Source of the DNA: a bacterium | GTDB taxonomy: Bacteria > UBP7 > UBA6624 > JBBIMK01 | Assembly: GCA_037444445.1 (NCBI GenBank) | Contig: JBBIMK010000004.1 | Coordinates: 1-32,000, forward strand | Direction of reading: 5' to 3' | DNA: 32,000 bases | Shown here: positions 16,471 to 25,400 of the stretch, piece by piece | Numbering within the stretch: position 1 is the first letter of the stretch | Layout: every line of letters starts with the position of its first letter | Position numbers and translations under genes: made by a program | The notes under the pieces: model-generated | What the model saw: the letters and a program-made list of their open reading frames with translations, nothing else | Told to the model about the DNA's origin: nothing | Database searches by the model: none

Positions 16471-19400
16471 CTATGGACAAACCGGGGGAGTTCCCTCAAT
16501 GAAGAAGCAATCGTGGGTATTGCCGGTGAAGGAATTGGAGCCACCGAAGTTCTGGATTCCATCAATATTGAAGGCAGAAGCCCCCTTCTCCAGGAAGCCG
16601 GCATAGATATTATTGGACTCAAAAATGGTGTTGTTAATCTGGGGCCAGGCATAGTTCTGCAGGGCATTTGCCGGGTTAGTGGGGTCACAGCACGGCCAGT
16701 AGCCGAGAAAGGACCAGTCCACGGGGTCGCTGTTTACCGCCAGGGCAAAGGGCGTCGGTCGGCCAGTGCCATTGGCATACACTCCATTGGTGGCGGAGAA
16801 AGCAATCCGGGAAGCACCCGGCTGGGTAGCATGGATATAAGGCGAGGCATTCACCATGTAAATCGCTCCTTCAATGTTGCTTCCTCCATAGAGAACCTGA
16901 GAGTTTAAGAGGTCGCTGACTGCGTCGTAGGCATCCACCCCGAGGCGGCAAACCAGAATCGTGCCCGGGACGAAGGCGCAGGGCTCCGGGTCCGCATCGT
17001 CATCTGCACTCCGCAGAGAATCATACCAGTCCCGACTATCCTCGTGGAAGCGGATGGCACCCCAATCCCCTGGCAGGGGCATACCGGTCGTCCCATCCGA
17101 GTCGCCAAAGAAGGAATCATCCCGGATGGAAGTGAAAACGGTATTGGTTGCCCGAAGAGCGGAATGAACCTGGATATCTATGGCTTCCTTGCTGTATCCA
17201 GGGTGTTCCGGGGTGGTGAGGAATTTCACCACCGTGTCCGTAATGCGGAGAATCACCCGGGACTGCAGTGCGTCCTCAGTGGGATGATTGACCCGTCCCA
17301 GAGCCGCATCCGCGTCCTCCTGAAGAATCAAGAGGTCATCCCCCACCACATACACAATGTCATTCTCAAAGGAACGCCACCAGGCGTCATAGCCCGTGGC
17401 ATCGGGTTGCATATCGTATGTATCTGGATTAGCCGGGTCCAGGCTTTCCGGATTTCGGTCGTAAATCACTCCCCGGGTGAGACGAATGATATTGAGGGTG
17501 TTAGGGTTAGTAACCGGGGTGGGCTGGAAGAAGTTGCCGGGATTCAAAGTGATGAAAGGGGGCATCAGAATCGGATACGGGTCGTTATCTGCATAGCAGT
17601 TATAATCGTTTGCCACCGGAAGAGTGGTGGTGCAGGCACCAGGGGTTGCGGTAGCGGGCGCCCCCAACCCCACCCCCGGGCTCGTCAGGTCCATCTTTAC
17701 CCGGCTGACCAGTGAAAGAGCCCCCGGATTTAATACCAGATTATCCGGGTCAATTATATCCTCCTCTATGTCTCCCATCACAAAGGCTTCATCGTAGTCA
17801 ATCCACAGCCCGTTGCGATGGTTCCGGACCATAGAAATCCGCTGAAGAGCGGGAGAGGCTTGATATACATACACGCCAGAGCCCGAATTGTCCACGGAAA
17901 CAAAGTTATCCACGACCGTAATGAGGACATTGACGATGGAGATAACGCCTCCCGTTTCCTGATTCCGAAACCTCAGCCCATCCCCACCATTATTCCGGCT
18001 GATCGTATCCGTAATCTGGCTAAAAATAGGGGTGGTCGGGTTGTTGTCAATACAGATGAAAATGCCATGATTGGCATTATTTTCTACGGTGAGTTCATCA
18101 ATCTGGAAGCGCTCGGGATTGTGCAAATAGACCCCCATGCGCATGCCGATAGGGTCCTGGACGCCACAGAGGGCAATAGATTGAGGCATAGCGGTTCCGT
18201 TGTGAGCCACCCGGTGAGGGAAAACCGGGTTCAGGAATGAGTTCACAATCGTGGGGCGAGAACCCTCCACCTCTACCCCGTTAGCCCCATTGTCGTGAAC
18301 ATAAATGGCATCCAGGTGTGTCAAAACCCGGGTGACCACATAAATTCCCCTCTGCCCGTTGAAGGCGGATTCCGTCTTCAAAACCCGCAGGGGGCTGTCC
18401 CGAATTTCTATTCCATTGGTGGTATTATTGAGAATATTGGATTCACTGATTTCGAGGTTGAATTGATTCTGCCCGTATATCCCGTTGGTCTTGCTGTATT
18501 GCACCACCGTGCCGAGGAGGGTGTAAAGGGAAGTGGGAAGGGAAGGGCCCTGGAAAATCAGGGCGCCCTGGGCGCCACCACCGCCACCGTAGAGGATTTT
18601 CACATTGGATAGAGTTCCAGACAGTTGCGTCTTGATGAGGATAGACCCCCAATCCCCCGGAGCCGGAGAGGTAGCCACGCCATCCCCGTTCGTATCCCCA
18701 CCGCTGGCGTCATCCCTGAAAGAAGTGAATATATTGCGATTCAAGCGGGTGCCGAGGCTGGTTAACACACCGTCCACTACAAGCCCCGGATTCTCCCCGA
18801 AGGGCTGCTGGTCAAAGAACTTAATCAGCACATTTTCCATCAGCCGGAGTTCCACCCCCTGACCCACAGTAATCAGACCGAGGGGAACATAGGGAATGAC
18901 GGCGCCCGTATCCAGAGAGTTCATCACTCCCCAGATGGCTACGGGGAAGGTGGAAGGGATGGGACCGGGATAAATAGCGACTGCGTTATAGCGATTCTTC
19001 CCGGCACCGGTGGCGACGAAGGTGTTTGAATTTTCCAGCCCCGAGCCCGTGCGGAGGTAAAAGGGCGGAATGATGAGAGGGAAAGATTGGATACCCGAGA
19101 AGGTATTATTCCGAATGATGGGGTTGGTCTTCGCTGGGTCCCCGTTCCGGTCCACCACAATCGCCGCCGAAGCGCTATCCGAAATCAGCACCGAGTCCAC
19201 AACCGGGCTGGAAGAGAGGACCCGAATGGCTCCGTTGAAGAATGGAGCAGAGGGGGTATCCGGAAGGCCGGCATAATAGATTTGAACCCCTTTTAAGCGT
19301 CCAGCACCGTCCGCATCAAAGAGAATCCCTGCCCAATCTCCTGCTGCCGGCGTGGTGGCGGTTATATCTCCGTTCGTATCCCCCCCACGGCTGTCATCCT

Positions 19401-22395
19401 TTCCAGAGGTGAGCACAATATCAGAGCCCCCCGCCACATCAGCCACCAGATTACCCTGCACACGAAAACCAGCACTACTACCAGCAAATTTCACCAGCAG
19501 AGGCCTGGATGGGTCAGAAGGGTCAGAGCGCAATGTCAATTGCGCCGAAGGGGCAATCCTTATCTCCTGCGAAATCACATACGGAATCGGTTGAACATCC
19601 CAGACAACGGAAAGAGGAGCAGGAATCGTGAATTCCGCGGGTGTAGCACCTGAAACTTGAATCCCCTGGTAGCGATTCCCCGCATAAGTGTTGGTGCTGG
19701 GAACTGGCAGGGAAAAATAAGGGGGCATAGTAATGGGATAACCCCCGTTATCGCGAATGGTATTGTTGTTGTTCAGAGTGGGAGTTAACTTTGCCGGGTC
19801 ACCGTGTAAGCGGATGCCATCGGTGGCGCTGAAAGCGATGGTGCAATTTCCGAAGGAAGGAGATGCGGAATCAATATCCACAGCGGCGGAAGCACCGCTT
19901 CCCCCTGCGTATAGAATGGAGGTATTCGTGAAAATGCCCGTGGAATCGGGAAGGAAGAAGAGCCCCTGCCAGTCGCCGGGGCGAGGTGCCTGCGCCACCC
20001 CATCGCCATTGCTATCCGCTCCCGTGTCATCTGCAAAGGAAGTGAAAAGGGTGCCGTCGGCATCTAACTGCCCTTCCACCTGGAAATTCCCCGTGGATTT
20101 TTGAAATTTCACAATCACGCCGGGGGCCAGTTTCAGTTGCCCACCTTTACCCACCCGCACGCTATCCAGAATTACATAAGGGAAAGTAAGAGGATTCCAG
20201 GTGACGAGCCCTACCTGCGCCAGCACATCGCCCTTCAGAACTGCGATAGCCTTATTCGTGTTATCCGGCAAGATATTGTTCCCGGCAGGAACAGAATAGA
20301 AGGGCGGAATAATCACGGGGAAGGCTCTATTTCTGCTAATCGTATTGCCAGTGAAAGTGGGGCGGAGGGCGGAGGAGGAGCCGGAGAATTTCACTCCGGA
20401 GGACACGCTGTCCACGATAAAGGAATCCACCACCGTGGGGGAGGAGGAGAATATCTCCAGGGCGGCTTCTGCACCACCACCACCGGCGAAGAAAATCTGA
20501 GCCCGCTGGAGACGACCCGCAGAGCCAGCGCCAAAGAAAATCTGCGACCAGTGCCGGTCATCTGGAACCGGGGTTAGACCATCCCCGTTTGTATCCCCAC
20601 CAAAGCGGTCATCCCACAGAGAGGTGAAGACCACATCCGTCGCATTGAGGGCACCTCCGCTGAGCGCAATTCCCGCATCCGAGTTCAACTTCACTATCGC
20701 TCCATCACTCACAGTCAACTGGCCCCCCACCGGAACCACGAGAGTGCCCTGAACTGCATAAGGAATCCCCAGAGCCTTCCATTCCGTGGGCACAGAAACG
20801 GTGCCCCCTTCCACCCGGATGGCTTGCGTTCGGTTCCCTGAGAACACATTGTTGCTGGCGAGCCCGCTGAATGATGGAGCCATCACCACCGGATAGGTGC
20901 CATTCTGCTGGAAGGTATTTCCCAGTATCTGAGAGCCTATCGCGGTGGCCGTAACTCTAACGCCAGCGGAAGCGCTGTTCCGTAAGATGGAGCCCGTGAG
21001 AACCACATTATTTGACTGGATGTCTATCATCTCACCGGTATTTCCGCCTCCGAACTCAAAAACGGTATTGAGGAGGTTACCGGATGAGCCCGACAGGAAG
21101 GAAATGGAGCCCCAGTCGCCCGGGGAAGAGAAGCCGGCATTTTCCAGGCAGAAACCCTCGGCAACGGAAGTGAACACGGCACCGGCTGAAGTGTTCAACC
21201 GACCGCTCACCACGAGTTTCTTCCCCTGGAAAAACTTTATCCGAACATTCCCGGTGGTGCTCACCGTTCCCGTAATCGTAATGTCATTCGTGATGAAATA
21301 AGGGCTCTCGCTCTCTGTCAGAACCCGATTGCTGATATTCTGCGACAGAGCGGTGCCACAATTCAGCAGGAAAAAACCCAGAGGGGGTGTAGTGAGCAGT
21401 GCATTCCCCGCCTGGTCAAAAGCCCTGGCAATCAGCGTGTGAGGGCCTGACATTTCGGGCTGATCAAAAGGAGGGTTTAGAAAATTCCATTCACAGGTCC
21501 ACGAATCACTCCCGTCCCGGTCCACATTATCCTTCGGGGTTGCGGTAGAGTTATCACAAATCAATTTATGGTTTTCATCCGCTATATCATAGAAGAAGTG
21601 AACCTCGGAGATATTGGGGTCAAAGGCTGCGACTTCCACCACCAGCGGCGAGGGAGTGGCCCTGTTGACCTGGATTCCACTGGCAGGCTTGAGGAAATAG
21701 ATAGTGGAAGGGCTCGTATTATCCACCTTCAGCGTGATCTGTGTGGAGCCGAAGTTCATCGCCGCATCCGTAACCCTGACACCAATGGCATGGGGACCAT
21801 CGGTAGTTGCACGGGTGTCCCAGGTAAAACTGAAACTTCCATCCGGGTTCACCGCATTGGTCTCGCCTATCTCCAGCGTCAGCGTCTGGGAATCCAGAAA
21901 GGGCTGGAAAGTGGCTGGGGGCTGGAAAGTGAGCACCCGTCCAGTAATGGGCACCCGCCCCCCCACCACGCTCAACGGCTCCGGACTGAGTAGACTCACC
22001 ACCAGATTGGAAATGTTGATGACGATGGTTTTCTGAACCGTTCCATTCGCCTTCCCATCAGATACCGTCGCCGTGATTGTGTAAGATATTCCCGGCGTCG
22101 CCGGAGCAGTCCAGGACACAGTGGGCCCTCCATTGATGAAGATACCGGAAAGGTTATCAAAAAGCCCTCCGGTAGCCGCCCAGGAATAGGTCAGTGCGTC
22201 ATTATCTGCATCCACCGCTGTAGCGGTGAGATGAGTGACTCCCCCGGGTCCCACAATCGCCGGGTTCATCGTCAGACCCGTGATAACCGGCGGAGTATTG
22301 GCGGGCGCTATCGGCCCCGGACCCCCACCGCCATTGCAGGCAGTGAAAACCGAATAGAGGGCAAAGAGAACCACGATTCCAACAGCTCTTTTCAT
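16471..22395 (-). CDS. Giant lipoprotein-like surface protein (1974 aa): Ig/PKD-like domains plus a right-handed parallel beta-helix with a repeated Ca-loop module
   Basis: ATG 22395 lies 11 nt after AAGGGAGG. The signal peptide is MKRAVGIVVLFALYSVFTAC-NGGGGPGP. The N-terminal Ig-like domains include DADNDALTYSW and TWDTRATTDGPHAIGVRVTD. PbH1-type turns are present (NGIEIRDS.., NGVEVEGS.., HGIFICID.., SGVYVYQA..). There are six FTS..DD..GGDTNGDG...PGDW modules. Confidence 0.85.
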   Translation of the reverse strand: MKRAVGIVVLFALYSVFTACNGGGGPGPIAPANTPPVITGLTMNPAIVGPGGVTHLTATAVDADNDALTYSWAATGGLFDNLSGIFINGGPTVSWTAPATPGISYTITATVSDGKANGTVQKTIVINISNLVVSLLSPEPLSVVGGRVPITGRVLTFQPPATFQPFLDSQTLTLEIGETNAVNPDGSFSFTWDTRATTDGPHAIGVRVTDAAMNFGSTQITLKVDNTSPSTIYFLKPASGIQVNRATPSPLVVEVAAFDPNISEVHFFYDIADENHKLICDNSTATPKDNVDRDGSDSWTCEWNFLNPPFDQPEMSGPHTLIARAFDQAGNALLTTPPLGFFLLNCGTALSQNISNRVLTESESPYFITNDITITGTVSTTGNVRIKFFQGKKLVVSGRLNTSAGAVFTSVAEGFCLENAGFSSPGDWGSISFLSGSSGNLLNTVFEFGGGNTGEMIDIQSNNVVLTGSILRNSASAGVRVTATAIGSQILGNTFQQNGTYPVVMAPSFSGLASNNVFSGNRTQAIRVEGGTVSVPTEWKALGIPYAVQGTLVVPVGGQLTVSDGAIVKLNSDAGIALSGGALNATDVVFTSLWDDRFGGDTNGDGLTPVPDDRHWSQIFFGAGSAGRLQRAQIFFAGGGGAEAALEIFSSSPTVVDSFIVDSVSSGVKFSGSSSALRPTFTGNTISRNRAFPVIIPPFYSVPAGNNILPDNTNKAIAVLKGDVLAQVGLVTWNPLTFPYVILDSVRVGKGGQLKLAPGVIVKFQKSTGNFQVEGQLDADGTLFTSFADDTGADSNGDGVAQAPRPGDWQGLFFLPDSTGIFTNTSILYAGGSGASAAVDIDSASPSFGNCTIAFSATDGIRLHGDPAKLTPTLNNNNTIRDNGGYPITMPPYFSLPVPSTNTYAGNRYQGIQVSGATPAEFTIPAPLSVVWDVQPIPYVISQEIRIAPSAQLTLRSDPSDPSRPLLVKFAGSSAGFRVQGNLVADVAGGSDIVLTSGKDDSRGGDTNGDITATTPAAGDWAGILFDADGAGRLKGVQIYYAGLPDTPSAPFFNGAIRVLSSSPVVDSVLISDSASAAIVVDRNGDPAKTNPIIRNNTFSGIQSFPLIIPPFYLRTGSGLENSNTFVATGAGKNRYNAVAIYPGPIPSTFPVAIWGVMNSLDTGAVIPYVPLGLITVGQGVELRLMENVLIKFFDQQPFGENPGLVVDGVLTSLGTRLNRNIFTSFRDDASGGDTNGDGVATSPAPGDWGSILIKTQLSGTLSNVKILYGGGGGAQGALIFQGPSLPTSLYTLLGTVVQYSKTNGIYGQNQFNLEISESNILNNTTNGIEIRDSPLRVLKTESAFNGQRGIYVVTRVLTHLDAIYVHDNGANGVEVEGSRPTIVNSFLNPVFPHRVAHNGTAMPQSIALCGVQDPIGMRMGVYLHNPERFQIDELTVENNANHGIFICIDNNPTTPIFSQITDTISRNNGGDGLRFRNQETGGVISIVNVLITVVDNFVSVDNSGSGVYVYQASPALQRISMVRNHRNGLWIDYDEAFVMGDIEEDIIDPDNLVLNPGALSLVSRVKMDLTSPGVGLGAPATATPGACTTTLPVANDYNCYADNDPYPILMPPFITLNPGNFFQPTPVTNPNTLNIIRLTRGVIYDRNPESLDPANPDTYDMQPDATGYDAWWRSFENDIVYVVGDDLLILQEDADAALGRVNHPTEDALQSRVILRITDTVVKFLTTPEHPGYSKEAIDIQVHSALRATNTVFTSIRDDSFFGDSDGTTGMPLPGDWGAIRFHEDSRDWYDSLRSADDDADPEPCAFVPGTILVCRLGVDAYDAVSDLLNSQVLYGGSNIEGAIYMVNASPYIHATQPGASRIAFSATNGVYANGTGRPTPFALAVNSDPVDWSFLGYWPCCDPTNPANALQNYAWPQINNTIFESNNIYAGFLEKGASAFNIDGIQNFGGSNSFTGNTHDCFFIEGTPPVCP
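17058..21180 (-). repeat. Six copies of a roughly 190-230-aa protein super-repeat marked by FTS-x2-DD-x2-GGDTNGDG-x4-6-PxPGDWxxIxF
   Basis: The motif DNA lies at 21101-21180, 20540-20631, 19969-20052, 19332-19415, 18647-18735 and 17058-17142. Copies 2 to 6 are preceded by a YP[IV].[MI]PP[FY][FY]-like segment; copy 1 has no such segment upstream. Confidence 0.75.
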
Positions 22396-22491
22396 TGTCA
22401 GCCACACCTCCCTTTTGGCTCTTTTTTCGGTTTCATCTTTCTATTTCGCTCCTTTTTTTCTCTTCCCTGTCACCTTATCCATCCTCACTCC

Positions 22492-25400
22492 TCACGGAAC
22501 GAGAGTGGCTTTGGCGCTTTCAATCGGCGGAGCGACGACAATGACCTCCGCAGGAGAGGAGGTAACAGCATCTTCCGCCCGAACATCAAAATTAGAAGTG
22601 ATTCGTGCCCAGAATTGTAAGGGTGGAAGAGAAGGACCCGCACCTCCGCCACCATTGCAGGATGTGAACAGCCCCACCGCCACCAGAAGGACAAGGGCAG
22701 TTGCCAGAAGGCTCCGACGACGGAAGCCCAATCCCAGCCCGGCCACCAGAGTCAGGGCAAAGAGCAGGGGAAGCCCACCTGCCTTGCCGGTGTGAGAAGT
22801 TGCCCCGGAGATGGGGGCTCCTATGACTCCCGCTGATGCGGATAGGTTACTGGCGAAATCATAGGTTACTACATAAGTGCGGGTGGTGCCTTTTGGAATC
22901 ACCTCACTCACCGCCAGCGTCAGGTCCGCAATGCCATTGTCATTCGCATAGTAACCGGTAGCCAGAGGGGTAGTGCCATTGGGCTTCCCATCCCCATCCG
23001 TATCCGTCCACAACTTCACCAGGATATTGGGGTAGGCATCATTGCCGGTACCCTGAGCGAACAGGCTAAGCCCTTTCAGACGGATATCGTTGCCGGTGGG
23101 GTCTGCGGTCATCTTCAACTGGAGCATGCTCACTTTCATGTTGCCCGGATAAACCTGAATAAATTCAGGAATGACTCCGCCCTTTTCCACCTTCAAAGAG
23201 GCGGTGGCAGGAGAGACGGGATTCACCAACGCCCTCAGGGAATCGGCCTTTGTGCCATCTCCGCTGGAAACCATATTCAGAATGAAGGTCTGAATCGCGC
23301 TGGCGGAAGTCGGTGAAGTGATGCGTAACTGTAAAGAGTTCGGGAACTGCGGGAAAGAGCTGCCCGGTGGGATGACAGGGGTCTGACCCAGGAGCACATT
23401 ATTGTAATAAACGCCCACGGCCCAGCCCGGAGGGGGTGACCCCAGGAAGTTGAAGGTATACAGGTCGTTCACATTTCCGGTGTTCACAATAGTGATGTCA
23501 AAGTTAGCGGTATTGCCGGGGGGAGCGAATTTAGAGGAAGAGCCGCCGGCGCCGGAATTGGGTGCCCCGATGATGCCCGCTCCATTGCCGTCAATGGCAC
23601 CATCCACACCATAGCGAATTGCCTGGATATTCGCTCTCGCTTCCAGGGAATCCGACTTCGTCGGGTCGCCCTGGGATACCGCATCTACAATAAAGGTCTG
23701 GCTGATGTCATTCCCCAGGAAAGGTGGAGTCGGTTTCGTCACTTTGAAGGTGAAGCTCATACTTCCGCCCGCAGTAACAACCGGCGTGATGTAGCCCGAT
23801 GCCCGGTCTGCGGTGCCATCATTCAGAACCGCCGTGAAGCCCGAAGGCGTTACCCAGGTGAACTGGTAGGTATCCGAGGTATTGCCTGTATTCCGGAGTA
23901 GAATGGAATAACTCGCTGTCTGTCCGTCTACAACGGTTTTCGTAGAAGAGCCACCCAGTCCTGTGCCGGGAGCGCCCTGGATGTTATTTCCATTGTTATC
24001 CACCTGCAGGTCTGTTCCGTAGAAGATATTAGGAGGAGTCTGGCGGGAGGTAACTGCTTTCACTGCGTCGGCAGCACCCGGGGCGGAGAGGCTACGCACC
24101 TGAACCGCCACCGTCTTCGTGGTGCCGGAGGCCTGTGATGTAGGAGTAACCTCCAGACGCACGACCCTGTAGTTCCCGGTACTGAATGTCCCGGTACGCC
24201 AGCCGGTAGAAGTCAGCAGCGCGGTAATTTCAGAGCCCGATGCCTCGTCAAAGTAATGAATGTCCCAGCCATCGGAAGTGGGAGGAGTGCCCGTCAATAG
24301 AAACTCGTCCTCCAGCCCGATATTTTCTGCGAAGATATAGTAGATTGCTGGGGAGCCTGTGTTGGCTACCCGGCTCAGGCTCTGCCCCGTGGCGTTTGTA
24401 TTGATAATCCTCCGGCCGATGGCGCCGTTGATGTCGTTATCCTGGTCAATGGATAAGTCGGGCATATAACTCAGCCTCGTTCGGGCTTTCACCGTGTCGC
24501 TCCGGGTGCCATCAAAAACGGAAGTGGCGGTGAAGGAAATCTCCAGAAGGTCGCCGAGGGAGCCGGAAGCGGCAGTAACCTCCCCTCGGAAGAAAACTTC
24601 CTCATTCCGGTTCAGCGTGGCAGTAATATAAGAGCCAGCGGTCACAGCCCCCGTAATGTCAGTTCCACCGGAGATAGCGTCGTAGTATTTCACATCCCAT
24701 TGCCCGGAACCTGCGGTGCCAGAAATCCTCATCTGGTCCGATGTATTCCCGTCATTTTGAACCCTGAAGTAATAAGTGGCGGTAACACCCGGACCCGTAT
24801 CGCGGGACACAATCTGGGTGGGGTCAAAGAGGTTATTGCCGATGTAATCAATGTTGTCGCTGGAGGCGAGGACATCCGGGCGGTAGATGGGTCCCACCAC
24901 GGATTCTGCTATCACTTTGTCTGACTTCTGTGGTTCCTGAACCGGCGTGAGTGTGATGCCCGGTGCAAATGTATCGCCCGCATTCAGCGTGTTCACATCT
25001 GGAGTCACTTCCAGGCGATAAATTCCGGAGAGGCTGAATTTCGGGATCTGGACTGTATAACCGCCGAGGATAGCGGAAGTAATGTCCGCCCCACCCGTCT
25101 GCTGAGTGTAGTATCGGGCGGTCCAGCCAGCGGGAGGCGCTGTATCCGCCCTCAGCGTGAAGTTGCCCAGCACATTCCCATCGTTCTCCAGCCAGAAGTA
25201 ATAAGTAAGAGTCTGCCCCGTCGTGGCCTGCTGAAGCGTCTGATTCTCCACCGGGTCCGGTGGGGTGTACACATCATTCCCGATGCGCATAGAAGGCAAG
25301 GGCTGTAAGCCAATGGACAAATCCGCCTGGCGGAACAGGATGACCGTCGTGTGAGCCTTCACGGCATCCACCTTCGTGGCATCGCTTACAGAAGTAGAGG

